Source: a virus. Taken from it: a stretch of DNA of 64,000 nucleotides. This document shows, piece by piece, positions 9,766-19,284 of this stretch. Location of the stretch: the IMG/VR virus record IMGVR_UViG_3300028840_004184, positions 64,001-128,000 of that record; one strand, given 5' to 3'. Position 1 is the stretch's first letter, and every line of letters starts with the position of its first letter. The position numbers and the translations under genes are program-made. Under the pieces are notes generated by a model, which searched no databases, had not been told where the DNA came from, and saw only the letters and a list, made by a program, of their open reading frames with translations.

Positions 9766-10737
9766 TTAAGTAAAATAGTTTGTAAATTTATTAGACCAAT
9801 AACTGATTATATTATGTATAAATGTTATATTGCTGTGTTGTGATGGTATCACTTGAATCGGTGCTGTTTTTAATACCGACCTTTTAATAAGTGGTCCCAT
9901 CTCATCCCAAAAATGTGATAGTGCCCTTTTCACAACGGAGTTTTTCGTATATTTACTCATTTTGAATTTAGCTACCTTCCATAATTCTTTTTGTTGATAG
10001 GCAGATAATTCAAAGATCTTAGATGGGAAAAATTGTTCCGTTTCTGGTGGGATTATAATGCTTTGTCTTATAGCATGTTTTAGCAACCTTGTCCATACCT
10101 TTGGTTCTCGCGTTTTTTTTGTTGGTAATGAAGGTGTCAAGAACGCCTTTCTGTGTTGGGTAAATCTGTAAAATTCTGTCGTACTTATTTTAGTTTCGTT
10201 TTCATCTATTCCCACTTGGCAAAAATTCCAGTCGAAACCTTGTAGAATTTTTAATGGATCATTTATGTTATCCACATTCATAAATATAAGTTGTATTTTT
10301 TTGTCCCATTTTGTGTCTATGTATTGATACTCAAATATAGCAGCAATGTTATGTTTTGATGATTTGAAGTGCTTGAGTTTGAGAGCCTGTTTCTTGGTTT
10401 GCCCGATAGCTTTAAAGTTTCCTTTAGGGTTTACAAGTTTGTCTATTACATTATCCGTGATATTATTACTAAGGGGCACGAATACATCAACATCACCATA
10501 ATTATTTGTGTATCCTTCCGCAAACAATCCAGCACCACCGGCTATTAAGAATGGATGACCGTGCTGTATACGGGTATCAATAAAACCCATAACCCTGTTA
10601 AATACAGTGTTCCTGTCATAAGACGATATATTCTGTGTAGGTTCGATAATAACATGTCCTGATGGCGGATCACATACATCACACACCCAGTTTACAAGAA
10701 GCTGAGTCATTTTGTTATTACATTTGGGACATTTCAT
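9766..10737 (-). CDS. N-terminal Zn-ribbon + Pol-beta-fold nucleotidyltransferase (CCA-adding/poly(A) polymerase head-like)
   Basis: 'FLIAGGA...YGDVDVF' and 'IQLIF...FDWNFCQVG' motifs. Confidence 0.7.
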   Translation of the reverse strand: MKCPKCNNKMTQLLVNWVCDVCDPPSGHVIIEPTQNISSYDRNTVFNRVMGFIDTRIQHGHPFLIAGGAGLFAEGYTNNYGDVDVFVPLSNNITDNVIDKLVNPKGNFKAIGQTKKQALKLKHFKSSKHNIAAIFEYQYIDTKWDKKIQLIFMNVDNINDPLKILQGFDWNFCQVGIDENETKISTTEFYRFTQHRKAFLTPSLPTKKTREPKVWTRLLKHAIRQSIIIPPETEQFFPSKIFELSAYQQKELWKVAKFKMSKYTKNSVVKRALSHFWDEMGPLIKRSVLKTAPIQVIPSQHSNITFIHNIISYWSNKFTNYFT

Positions 10738-10943
10738 TCGCTTAATCGCCGCGAAGGCTTACTCCATTTATTAAGTCTTTCAAGACATTCTACACAGTCT
10801 GGTTTTCTATATTTATAACCCCATGGCATTATTACTACGTGTTCACATAATGTATGTACGTTATCTATTTCATTACTGGGTTTTTGGTTGTTTTTTGTGG
10901 CACAAAACCCGTTACTATGTTCGACGCACCATACTTTTTTCAT
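10734..10943 (-). CDS. Small Cys/His hypothetical protein
   Basis: 4-nt overlaps with both neighbours. Confidence 0.6.
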   Translation of the reverse strand: MKKVWCVEHSNGFCATKNNQKPSNEIDNVHTLCEHVVIMPWGYKYRKPDCVECLERLNKWSKPSRRLSE

Positions 10944-11317
10944 TGTAATTTCTTTTTCTTATATGGTATAACATAACCACTACTATGTATTGCGAGTAAG
11001 TCACCCGTCTTTATAGGACCAGAAGCAGACACTTGGAATGTTGCTCCTCTTGCTGTGCCGCCAGTCATCATCACGAGCACCGTGTGGTCTTCTGGGTCAG
11101 GAGCAGACACTGCAATACCAATAGGTATCTGTTTATCATCGGCATATTCCCACCCGTTCCATTGATCGTCTTGTGGGAAAACACACTCATCTTCGGTTGA
11201 TGGCTCTTTGTTGTTAGCAGTCTTTTTCTTTTTAGTATTGTCAGACGGATTACAGTTTTCGCAAACCCAGGATGTTAATAACTGTATCATGGGCTTTTTA
11301 CATTTGGGACAATTCAA
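10940..11317 (-). CDS. LLTS Zn-ribbon-tagged hypothetical protein
   Basis: MNCPKCKKPMIQLLTSWVCENC. Confidence 0.7.
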   Translation of the reverse strand: MNCPKCKKPMIQLLTSWVCENCNPSDNTKKKKTANNKEPSTEDECVFPQDDQWNGWEYADDKQIPIGIAVSAPDPEDHTVLVMMTGGTARGATFQVSASGPIKTGDLLAIHSSGYVIPYKKKKLQ

Positions 11318-11320
11318 CCT

Positions 11321-11722
11321 TTAGTCACCCTCTTTCTTTTTCTGTTTTTTGAGTTTTTCCAGCACCTCGGGCGAGGCATTAATTCTACGATAATCAAAGC
11401 CACCATCAAGAGACAGGTTTTGGCATTTGCATGTTTGGTAGTCGTGTCTATGTAACGAATGTATAGTTTTTTTACATTCCGGACATTTTATTTTCGGTGC
11501 TTTGTTTTCGTCAATAATATTTTTCTTCAACATGTTAGACGGTAAAGTTAGTGGTAGGGCCATGCCTCCATAGACTGAAAAATGTCTATAGCGTTTATGT
11601 AGCCATCCGAATGACTGTCTACATTCACAATAAACTTTACGTCGTTGAAGTTTTTTGATGTCCCGGCATCTGGGACAATATATAAAGACATATTTGTACC
11701 AATCTTTTTCGTTATATTCCAT
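11321..11722 (-). CDS. Zn-binding phage protein
   Basis: 'CPECKKTIHSLHRHDYQTCKC..SLDGG' pattern common in phages. Confidence 0.65.
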   Translation of the reverse strand: MEYNEKDWYKYVFIYCPRCRDIKKLQRRKVYCECRQSFGWLHKRYRHFSVYGGMALPLTLPSNMLKKNIIDENKAPKIKCPECKKTIHSLHRHDYQTCKCQNLSLDGGFDYRRINASPEVLEKLKKQKKKEGD

Positions 11723-12461
11723 TAGCTATATCCACGTATTGTTTACTTATATCAAAACCAAGCCATCTACGGTTTAGTTTTTTCGCTACCTTAAGAGTTG
11801 TTCCAATACCACAAAAAGGATCGACAACAAGGTCACCAGCATAACTAAGCATTTGTATAAGCCTATAAGGCAATTCTTCTGGGAAAACGGCAGGATGTAC
11901 CTCGTGTTTAACTCCTGGAAACTTCCATATGCCATTAGAAAACTTAACAAACTCTTCTTTTGAAACAGTTATTTTTTCTTTATCACCTTCCTTGCGATGT
12001 GTTTTGTGTGCAAACACCAGTATGTATTCAAACGGTCTAGGGAAAGACGGGTTAAGAGGAGATTGGAACGATCCCCACGCCGTTCTATTGCTTGTACTCC
12101 CTTTGTCCCACAAAATAATTGTTACAGGGAGAAATCCCAGATTGTCAGTCATTCTCTGTATAATGTCAGAATGAGTGGGGACCTTCCCGTTTTTGCCGTC
12201 TCCTATATTGATGCAAACCCTAGCACCGTCTTTTAAAAGAGGCATAAGGCGAACCATTTTCATCATTAACCACTCTATATAGTCTTTGTGATCTTTATTG
12301 TCGTTATATAGATCATAGGGACGCTTATTGTATTTGTTGTTTCCCAAGTTAATGTTGTATGGTGGAGAGCAAATAACCATATCTATTATCGGGTCTTTTA
12401 CGTACTTATTTATATTAATACAATCATCACATATGGCTTTATTAATTATGTTTTTATGCAT
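11712..12461 (-). CDS. DNA amino-methyltransferase, beta class (likely N4-cytosine)
   Basis: Catalytic SPPY before SAM-binding DPFCGIGTT; HPAVFPEEL. Confidence 0.92.
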   Translation of the reverse strand: MHKNIINKAICDDCININKYVKDPIIDMVICSPPYNINLGNNKYNKRPYDLYNDNKDHKDYIEWLMMKMVRLMPLLKDGARVCINIGDGKNGKVPTHSDIIQRMTDNLGFLPVTIILWDKGSTSNRTAWGSFQSPLNPSFPRPFEYILVFAHKTHRKEGDKEKITVSKEEFVKFSNGIWKFPGVKHEVHPAVFPEELPYRLIQMLSYAGDLVVDPFCGIGTTLKVAKKLNRRWLGFDISKQYVDIANGI

Positions 12462-12951
12462 TTTTATACACTTTATAGTTTTTGTTTTTGAGTATTTTTT
12501 TCATTATATTTGTGGATCTGGTTACCCATTGCCAATTACGTGGTATATTTTTCCCACCACGAGATTTAGGGATTATATGATCTACGGTAGCGTCGAAACC
12601 TAATTCAAGTTTTTCATTTGTATAAGCACATTGATAGTTTTGTTTTTCAAGAATATTTTGTAAATCTTTCCAGTGTTTATTGGTGCCTGTAATTTTGTAT
12701 GACTTAGTTTTAAGCCAACATATTTCACACTTTACGCCAACGATAGCTTGACAACCACAATAGGGACATAGCCCAGATTGTTTCCGCTGATGTTTTGTCT
12801 TGAGTTTAAGTTTCGCGGCTCTCTTTTTATTTAATTTATACCATGGATCACCACCATGTTTTCTGCGATATGCTCTCCTACAGGCATTTATTTTGTCTTT
12901 ATTTTGCTCTCTGTACACACGAAGGTATTCTTTTCGTTCTTGACGATTCAT
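12454..12951 (-). CDS. HNH endonuclease
   Basis: 'QNYQCAYT...TVDHIIPKSRGG..NWQWV...NIMK'. Confidence 0.85.
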   Translation of the reverse strand: MNRQERKEYLRVYREQNKDKINACRRAYRRKHGGDPWYKLNKKRAAKLKLKTKHQRKQSGLCPYCGCQAIVGVKCEICWLKTKSYKITGTNKHWKDLQNILEKQNYQCAYTNEKLELGFDATVDHIIPKSRGGKNIPRNWQWVTRSTNIMKKILKNKNYKVYKNA

Positions 12952-13361
12952 GGCAGAACAATTCCCCCACCAGTTTCTTCGTTAGGGAGAATGATACCTT
13001 TGCCATGTTTCTTTTCCATCATACGTAAGCATACTTTTAATATATGGGCGGGGGCTTTTTTGTCTTGTTCAGCGATGTGCCCTATTAATGACAATATAAC
13101 GGCTACGTGTTTATCAAGATAGCTTTGGAATAGAACTTGGCTTAGCTCAGTTTTGCTTTTTATTTCTTCTTTGAGTATAACACCTTCTTGTATAGTCCAT
13201 TCATCTATAACTTGTTCAATAGCAATAGCTAATGCACGAAGTGTGTTCACACGAGATATATTTTCGTGTTGATATAGGATATAAACTATTTGTTGAACTG
13301 CTGATTTTATTAAATCTAGATCTTGTTCTGTTGGCTCTTCTTTAAAGGCTTCCATGCTCAT
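12948..13361 (-). CDS. Hypothetical helical protein
   Basis: Operon overlap, SD. Confidence 0.65.
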   Translation of the reverse strand: MSMEAFKEEPTEQDLDLIKSAVQQIVYILYQHENISRVNTLRALAIAIEQVIDEWTIQEGVILKEEIKSKTELSQVLFQSYLDKHVAVILSLIGHIAEQDKKAPAHILKVCLRMMEKKHGKGIILPNEETGGGIVLP

Positions 13362-13951
13362 TTGGTGCTCCCGTATATTTCTTGAAACGCTTCTTCCCGA
13401 GTAATTTCGCCCTTCTTATGTCTGATCGCTTGTTCTTTTTTCATGCGAAATCTTTGTCCTGTGGCTTCTGTAAATTCTTTGATGTTTGAATACACAGTGT
13501 CGTTTTCTGAAGTATCAGATTCTTTTGCTTTTTCGCGACGGAACTGGATGCATTTTTGTCGTATGCGGCCCTGCTCTTTTCTGATATACACTATTTTTTC
13601 TTCACAGTCATTTCTTTTACTTAGGACTGGATGAAATTCTATGGCCATGCGTACTATCATACTTGATTTATGTTCTCTAAGTATTTGTATTATATCCATT
13701 TCTGCACCGCATGTTCGATGATCGATCATGAGCATTTTACGCATAAAATGTTTAAAAAGTTCTCCTTGAAAATGATTGGTTTGACCATTTTCTTGGGTTG
13801 TAAAAGGATAAGAGCCATGAAAGTTCTTAAGAAAGTCGTACAAAAGAAGATAAAGATCTTTGTCGCTTAATTTAAGCTTGTCTGTCATTAGAATGTTCCT
13901 TTTTTTATTTTTTCCTTGACTTATTCTATCCCATAAAGTATACTTTGTCAA
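13358..13951 (-). CDS. Hypothetical protein (true start may be downstream)
   Basis: 197-aa ORF, first of the minus-strand operon. Confidence 0.6.
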   Translation of the reverse strand: MTKYTLWDRISQGKNKKRNILMTDKLKLSDKDLYLLLYDFLKNFHGSYPFTTQENGQTNHFQGELFKHFMRKMLMIDHRTCGAEMDIIQILREHKSSMIVRMAIEFHPVLSKRNDCEEKIVYIRKEQGRIRQKCIQFRREKAKESDTSENDTVYSNIKEFTEATGQRFRMKKEQAIRHKKGEITREEAFQEIYGSTK

Positions 13952-13990
13952 GTTGTTTTTTCTTTTTTTTACTATATGGAGGCCTTATAA

Positions 13991-14254
13991 ATGCCTTATA
14001 TTCCAGCCGAGCGTCGAGAAGAAAGATTTGATGAACACCTCGAAAGAATTCTTGAAGGTATTGAGGTCCAGGGCGATCTTACCTACTGTATCTATTGGTT
14101 GATGGTCAAGTGGGCTCGTTCTAAGCCTGGACGACCCAGCTATCATAATTATAGCCCATCCGGAGCAGCCTGTCAAGATGCAAATAGTGAATTTTACAGA
14201 AAGGAGATGATCCCTTTAGAAGATAATGCTATTGAGAGAAATGGAGATATTTAA
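13991..14254 (+). CDS. Conserved phage hypothetical protein
   Basis: GGAGG SD; 'MPYI...GDLTYCI...EFYR...ED.AI..NGDI' pattern. Confidence 0.75.
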   Translation: MPYIPAERREERFDEHLERILEGIEVQGDLTYCIYWLMVKWARSKPGRPSYHNYSPSGAACQDANSEFYRKEMIPLEDNAIERNGDI

Positions 14255-14336
14255 TTTTGTATTGCATAAATGTGGTAATTCTGTGTGTTGCAATCCGAAA
14301 CATTTATTTTTAAGCAGGAAATCGACAAAAGATTAG
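14253..14336 (+). pseudogene. HNH endonuclease remnant
   Basis: Start-less frame reads FVLHKCGNSVCCNPKHLFL, the classic HxCxNxxCxNPxHL core. Confidence 0.6.
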
Positions 14337-14419
14337 TGTATATATAATTAAGGCAATTTGACAAAGAGCAAGTTACGAAAGCTATTGAACATATATAACA
14401 ACTATGAAGGAGGTGGGTC

Positions 14420-15202
14420 ATGTTCAAGAGTAGTATTGTAACGTGTGTTTTGTCCGTTTCTTATTGTCTTTTAACACTTCTCGGCTGTACCACATGCAAA
14501 AAGGATGTTTCCCCCTCTTTATTTCCGGAAGAACAAAGAATATCTAATATTTATGATCGTGTAGCCCGGTCTGTTGTTTTAATTAAAAACAAAAGAAAGC
14601 ATCCTACTATGGGTGTAGCTACGTACTGTATGGGTAGTGGATATGTTGTATCTTGTGGTATGGATAAAATTATTGTAACAAACTATCATGTTGTGGATTT
14701 AGCATATTCTGTTTGGGTAGTGATTAATGAACAAGAATGGGAAGCCGATTTCGTAGGCGGGGCTAAGTCTTGTGATATCGCAATTATTAGAATAAAAAAC
14801 CCAGCTATTTTGCAACACATGCCGTCTTTGACATTTGGCTCATCTGCTGACTTGAAGGTTGGCCAAGATGTTTATACTCTGGGTTACCCCTTTGCTTTGC
14901 CGTTAACTATGACAAGAGGTATAGTTAGTGGTTTGAATAGAAGGGTTTGTGTGGGTGACGATATCGATATGCATGGATGTATACAGATTGATAGTGCCGT
15001 CAATCCAGGCAGTTCTGGTGGTGCGGTTTTGAATAGTAGAGGAGAATTAATAGGTATGGCTACCATGATTATGTCTCGTGGAGGAGACTTTTGTGGGATA
15101 GCATTTGCCATTCCAAGTGATCTTATTCGTACTATTGTAGACTCTATTATGGAAGAATATAATAAAATGTTAATATTTTTTCATAATTCACTTGACTATT
15201 GA
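14420..15202 (+). CDS. Trypsin-like (HtrA/DegP family) serine protease, predicted lipoprotein, no PDZ
   Basis: TNYHVV, DIAII, IQIDSAVNPGSSGG triad motifs; LLGC lipobox. Confidence 0.9.
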   Translation: MFKSSIVTCVLSVSYCLLTLLGCTTCKKDVSPSLFPEEQRISNIYDRVARSVVLIKNKRKHPTMGVATYCMGSGYVVSCGMDKIIVTNYHVVDLAYSVWVVINEQEWEADFVGGAKSCDIAIIRIKNPAILQHMPSLTFGSSADLKVGQDVYTLGYPFALPLTMTRGIVSGLNRRVCVGDDIDMHGCIQIDSAVNPGSSGGAVLNSRGELIGMATMIMSRGGDFCGIAFAIPSDLIRTIVDSIMEEYNKMLIFFHNSLDY

Positions 15203-15233
15203 AAATAATATGTTATGGTAAAATAGTTATGGT

Positions 15234-15620
15234 GTGAGAAAAACATTTACACTTCGTGGTCTTAAGGGTAAATTGATTATGTCACAGAATACAATGGATG
15301 ATTTCGATAAACTTTTTCCTGGCTTATCAGAAAAGATATTTGAGCAGTTTTACGGTGATGCTGATCATGGTATATTAATATGGAATAGAGAACAATTAGA
15401 CAGAGAAGGTTTCAACCATACGTTTTGTGCTGAAATAATATTACATGGGCAACATATTTATGTAAGCTGTCAAGACGGAAATTGGAATGGATCAGAGATA
15501 CTGGATTTTGAATGTTGTAAATTAGATAATCATCAAGAAAATATATGTCCATATTGTGGTGGACAAATAGAAACAATTATTGGAAACTTTAAAATATGTC
15601 AAAAGTGTGAGGATTGTTAA
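15234..15620 (+). CDS. Hypothetical protein with C-terminal Zn ribbon
   Basis: CPYC...CQKC; ATG start probably at 15279. Confidence 0.6.
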   Translation: MRKTFTLRGLKGKLIMSQNTMDDFDKLFPGLSEKIFEQFYGDADHGILIWNREQLDREGFNHTFCAEIILHGQHIYVSCQDGNWNGSEILDFECCKLDNHQENICPYCGGQIETIIGNFKICQKCEDC

Positions 15621-15621
15621 T

Positions 15622-16902
15622 ATGAGAAATCTTGCTTCTATCCAGAAGATCAAAAGCCTTCAACCCATTGAAGGGGCTGATAAAATTGAAGTGGCTCGCG
15701 TTCTTGGTTGGGATGTTGTGGTAAAAAAGAATGAGTTTCAGCCTGGAGATCTCTGTGTCTATATTGAAATTGATTCTGTTCTACCATCGCGGGATGAGTT
15801 TAATTTTTTACTTAAGCTAACGGCTAAATGCTCTAATGACAATTGCCCAAATCGTTGGCAGGTTCCATATGATTTTAAGCTTATTGGTGGTCGTGTATAC
15901 TGCCCTAAGTGTGATAAGCTAAGCGAAGAGATCGAGGAGATTCCTGAAGTCAAGCAAGAAAAAATGAGACGTATTCGAACTATTAGGCTTCGCGGTCAGT
16001 TATCTCAGGGAATTGTTTTCCCATTGTCGATCTTGCCTAATAATGCCATGTGTTTTAAGAAAGATATGGTAGATACCGATGTTACTGAAGCCCTCGGTAT
16101 TAAGAAATATGAGCCCCCTATTGCTAGCGGCCCTGGTGGCCCCAATCGTAACAAGAGAACTAAGGGGAAGCGACCTATTTATGTACCACTGACTGACGAG
16201 ACCCGTGTACAGATCCTGGGTCCTGTTATCGAGAAATATCAAGGAACCGTGGGTTATATTAGTGAGAAACTGGACGGCTCTAGTTTCTCTGCTTCGCTCG
16301 TAGGAGGTAAGTACGAGGTATGTAGCCGGAATATGAATTTGGCAAAGCCCGGACTTCCTTGGTTACGCAGGTTATTGAATTGGTACTGGCAGTTGCGAAA
16401 CCGACAAGAAATGGTCCGTCATCCCGAAAGGGTAGACGCCTGGTGGTCTGTGGCCAATACTCTTGGTTTAAAAGAACGCATGCAAAAGTACTGTAAAAAT
16501 CATGGAATAAGAAATATTGTTTTACAGGCAGAATTAATAGGACCTAGAGTACAAGGAAACAAATACGCACTAGATGATTACGACCTTTACGTTTTTCAAA
16601 TTTATAATCCCGACACTGATAGTTATTTTAGTTTTATTGATTTTATTAATGCTGTTGAAGAAATGGGACTTAAAACTGTGCCAATTTTGAATGATAATTA
16701 TATTCTCGGTGGTGACAGTGATACTTTACTTCAGGTGGCGAAGGGCGATAGTGTATTAAACCCTAAAATTCCAAGGGAAGGCATAGTCTTCCGTCCATTA
16801 AAAGAAGTCTTGGTTACTTCTGGTATCGGTAGTAAGTTGCATCGAAGTAGATTAAGTTTTAAGGCAATCAATAATGATTTTCTACTAAGATATGGTGAAT
16901 AA
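15622..16902 (+). CDS. ATP-dependent RNA ligase, DRB0094 family
   Basis: MRNLASIQKI..PIEGADKIE..VLGW.VVVKK..GDLCVYIEIDS; motif I EKLDGSS; QAELIGP, FQI, REGIVF, FKAINNDFLL. Confidence 0.92.
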   Translation: MRNLASIQKIKSLQPIEGADKIEVARVLGWDVVVKKNEFQPGDLCVYIEIDSVLPSRDEFNFLLKLTAKCSNDNCPNRWQVPYDFKLIGGRVYCPKCDKLSEEIEEIPEVKQEKMRRIRTIRLRGQLSQGIVFPLSILPNNAMCFKKDMVDTDVTEALGIKKYEPPIASGPGGPNRNKRTKGKRPIYVPLTDETRVQILGPVIEKYQGTVGYISEKLDGSSFSASLVGGKYEVCSRNMNLAKPGLPWLRRLLNWYWQLRNRQEMVRHPERVDAWWSVANTLGLKERMQKYCKNHGIRNIVLQAELIGPRVQGNKYALDDYDLYVFQIYNPDTDSYFSFIDFINAVEEMGLKTVPILNDNYILGGDSDTLLQVAKGDSVLNPKIPREGIVFRPLKEVLVTSGIGSKLHRSRLSFKAINNDFLLRYGE

Positions 16903-17479
16903 TATGGGGAAAATAATCCATGGGCACAGTTTACAAAATAATAAAACCTCTACTTATCAAATATGGAAATCTATGATAAAACGTTGTTCTAATTCTAATG
17001 ATAGGTATTATGCAAATTATGGTGGCCGTGGCATCAAAGTATGTCATCGATGGAAAAAGTTTGAAAATTTTCTAAAGGACATGGGTGAAAAACCCAATGG
17101 CATGACGCTCGATAGAATTGATAATAACGGGCATTACTGTATGGAAAATTGTCGATGGGCTACTAGAAAACAACAAATGAGAAATACTCGTAGAAATAGA
17201 TTAATTACTATAAATAATAAAACCAAGTGTTTGTCCGAATGGTGCGAAGAGTTATGTCTAAATTATCACAGAACCAAAAAAAGACTTAATCGTGGGTGGC
17301 CTGTAGAAGAGGCTTTTGATATAGTGCCACATAAAGTCTTGTGCCATAAATATTTTACGTGGCATAATCAAACACTAAATATGAGACAGTGGTGTAAAGT
17401 ATTAAACCTCAAATATACTACCGTGATGATGCGTATAAAAAGTGGGTGGTCTATCCCAAGAGCCTTAGGTTTACTATAA
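16892..17479 (+). CDS. HNH homing endonuclease with C-terminal DNA-binding repeats
   Basis: YGGRGIKVC.RW..F..F..DMG, TLDRIDNNG.Y..ENCRWAT...Q..N. Confidence 0.88.
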   Translation: MVNNMGKIIHGHSLQNNKTSTYQIWKSMIKRCSNSNDRYYANYGGRGIKVCHRWKKFENFLKDMGEKPNGMTLDRIDNNGHYCMENCRWATRKQQMRNTRRNRLITINNKTKCLSEWCEELCLNYHRTKKRLNRGWPVEEAFDIVPHKVLCHKYFTWHNQTLNMRQWCKVLNLKYTTVMMRIKSGWSIPRALGLL

Positions 17480-17522
17480 AAAATTTAAAGGAAAAAAATA
17501 ACTAACGAAGAGGGGGAAAACA

Positions 17523-17747
17523 ATGACAGCCAGCAGTTTCACCGTGAACTGTTTTCAATCGACGGCGACTAATGCCACCAAGTGTTCAAAATGTCACAGG
17601 CAATTGAAGAATAGTGAAAACTGCTGGGTTATTCAGTGCTGTATGTTTGACGAACGTATTTTTTCCTATTGGATCAATAATTATTGTTCAAGCAACCATA
17701 AAGTTTGTAAACAATGTATTGATGAAATACGGGATATATTTCAATAA
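17523..17747 (+). CDS. Small Zn-finger protein
   Basis: CxxC pairs, SD. Confidence 0.55.
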   Translation: MTASSFTVNCFQSTATNATKCSKCHRQLKNSENCWVIQCCMFDERIFSYWINNYCSSNHKVCKQCIDEIRDIFQ

Positions 17748-18097
17748 TGATTTACAATCATAGATGCCGTGTGTGTCCTAAATTTGTGTCTAGGGGTAAA
17801 AAATTCTGTAGCCCGAAGTGTGCGACAAAGTTTTATGCCTCGGGGGCTCTTAAGGAAAAAAGACAGCGGCTTGCAGCTAACGCAAGAAGAAACTTATCGG
17901 CAGCTACGAAAGCGTATTTCGCAAGATTATGTAGTAAAGAAGAGAGATTCTTCTGGAAAGAGCGACGATGTTCGAAATGTGGAGCAAGCGGTAAACGTAT
18001 GCATGTTATTCTTAAGAAGCCGTTCTGGCAAGGTGGACAATATACACCAGATAATATAAGATATTATTGTAGTAATTGTAATAAATGTAGTGTATAA
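17747..18097 (+). CDS. Degenerate HNH-like Zn-binding protein
   Basis: FCSPKC; CSKC...H...GG....NI...CSNCN. Confidence 0.55.
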   Translation: MIYNHRCRVCPKFVSRGKKFCSPKCATKFYASGALKEKRQRLAANARRNLSAATKAYFARLCSKEERFFWKERRCSKCGASGKRMHVILKKPFWQGGQYTPDNIRYYCSNCNKCSV

Positions 18098-18106
18098 TAG
18101 ATGAAT

Positions 18107-18179
18107 AGCGGGGAGGATGGGTATCCCGGCAGGGCTCATATCCCTGTTCTTGCAGGCTCGACTCCTGCCCCCGCTACCA
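18107..18179 (+). tRNA. tRNA-Met(CAT), initiator-like
   Basis: AGCGGGG/CCCCGCT acceptor, ACCA end, three G-C pairs in the anticodon stem, atypical D arm. Confidence 0.8.
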
Positions 18180-18240
18180 TAAATATTTTCTCCTTAGGGA
18201 GTTGTGTTCTCTGCCTATGGCAGATAATCTAAAAAGGTTT

Positions 18241-18274
18241 CCGCTGAACCCGCCTGGCGAATCAGCGGTTTTTT
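18241..18274 (+). terminator. Intrinsic terminator
   Basis: CCGCTGA...TCAGCGG followed by T6. Confidence 0.6.
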
Positions 18275-18278
18275 ATTT

Positions 18279-18355
18279 GGACCCGTAGCTCAGTTGGTGA
18301 GAGCACTCGCCTCATAAGCGATAGGTCCTTGGTTCAAGTCCAAGCGGGTCCACCA
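18279..18355 (+). tRNA. tRNA-Ile2/Met(CAT)
   Basis: Full cloverleaf, CAT anticodon, encoded CCA; body resembles lysidine-type tRNA-Ile2. Confidence 0.9.
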
Positions 18356-18444
18356 CCTCAAACGGCAATAGCCTTAGTTTTACATTGGAGTATGAATTAA
18401 TGCATTTACCAGTTGGATAAGACTTATTAAGGACATAAAACATA

Positions 18445-18660
18445 ATGAGTGAAGAACTAATACGCAAGATAGAGGAAGAGTGGGATCAGCCGCAACCAAT
18501 GCAGTGCCCGGATTGTGGAAATTTTGTCATGGTTTCTCCAGAAGATTTGCTGGTACCAGTTGAGGATTTGTGTGAATGCTGCTTCAGATATAATGAAGAA
18601 TGTATCAGAGAACACGAAACTATGCACAGCGACCGACTATTCGACGATGATTTATGGTAA
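18445..18660 (+). CDS. Small acidic Zn-binding protein
   Basis: AAGGA SD, CxxC pairs. Confidence 0.6.
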   Translation: MSEELIRKIEEEWDQPQPMQCPDCGNFVMVSPEDLLVPVEDLCECCFRYNEECIREHETMHSDRLFDDDLW

Positions 18661-18678
18661 TTTTTTCGAAAAAATAAC

Positions 18679-18707
18679 TTGACTTTTCGTAAGGTTTAGA
18701 GTATTAT
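18679..18707 (+). promoter_or_regulatory. Sigma70-type promoter upstream of the attenuator/tRNA array
   Basis: TTGACT-N17-TATTAT. Confidence 0.7.
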
Positions 18708-18830
18708 ATATATACACGGGGTTATTCCCGATCTTACTATAGTTTGTGGGATTGTGACAGTTTGACTCAATTCCACTAAATAGTAGAACACGCATATAGC
18801 GTAGTTATTTCATAGGTTATGGAGAATAAA

Positions 18831-18911
18831 ATGTTTCTCGCAGAGCGACCATCTAGTTTGTCACATTTATGGACACCGGCATACGGCATCGAAGGAGCCG
18901 ATACGGGATAG
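18831..18911 (+). CDS. Putative 26-aa attenuator leader peptide MFLAERPSSLSHLWTPAYGIEGADTG
   Basis: GGAG SD; stop codon abuts the antiterminator strand. Confidence 0.65.
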   Translation: MFLAERPSSLSHLWTPAYGIEGADTG

Positions 18912-18985
18912 CTGAGGGTCTGCTTATAACACATTTTTTAACACAATATACAGACCCTCAGGAGAAAAACTTCTGAGGGTTTTTT
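18912..18985 (+). promoter_or_regulatory. Transcription attenuator (mutually exclusive antiterminator/terminator)
   Basis: CTGAGGGTCTG (18912-22) pairs with CAGACCCTCAG (18951-61), which overlaps the terminator ACCCTCAGGAG/CTTCTGAGGGT + T tract. Confidence 0.75.
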
Positions 18986-19063
18986 AATGTTCAGTCGCCG
19001 AAGGGCTCACAAAAAAGTAGCTTTAAGATTAGCCGAATGGATTCAAGATATTTATAAATAAGT

Positions 19064-19137
19064 GCGTGGATGGTGTAGTGATAGCATCTGTGATTCCAAC
19101 TCATAGGGCCAGGGTTTGATTCCTTGTCTGCGTGCCA
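19064..19137 (+). tRNA. tRNA-Trp(CCA)
   Basis: Cloverleaf, loop TTCCAAC, G73, CCA. Confidence 0.85.
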
Positions 19138-19161
19138 ATTTTTATTGAGATATTTTATAAC

Positions 19162-19238
19162 GGGGGTGTAGTTCAGGTAGTTAGAACGCCAGCCTGTCAC
19201 GTTGGAGGTCGAGGGTGCGATGCCCTTCATCCCCGCCA
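19162..19238 (+). tRNA. tRNA-Asp(GTC)
   Basis: Cloverleaf, loop CTGTCAC, GCCA end. Confidence 0.92.
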
Positions 19239-19284
19239 CTTATTTCTTTGTTATGGAGGAATGAGCCTTAAATGAACGATATAT

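Noticed and set aside
11712-12951. Methyltransferase + HNH as a restriction-modification system
   Set aside because: The HNH resembles the mobile homing-type genes scattered through the window; an orphan protective methyltransferase is the simpler reading
18991-19239. ORFs overlapping tRNA genes (also 24342..24614, 25423..25608, 26216..26398)
   Set aside because: They are readings through tRNA genes, lack an SD and have no protein features
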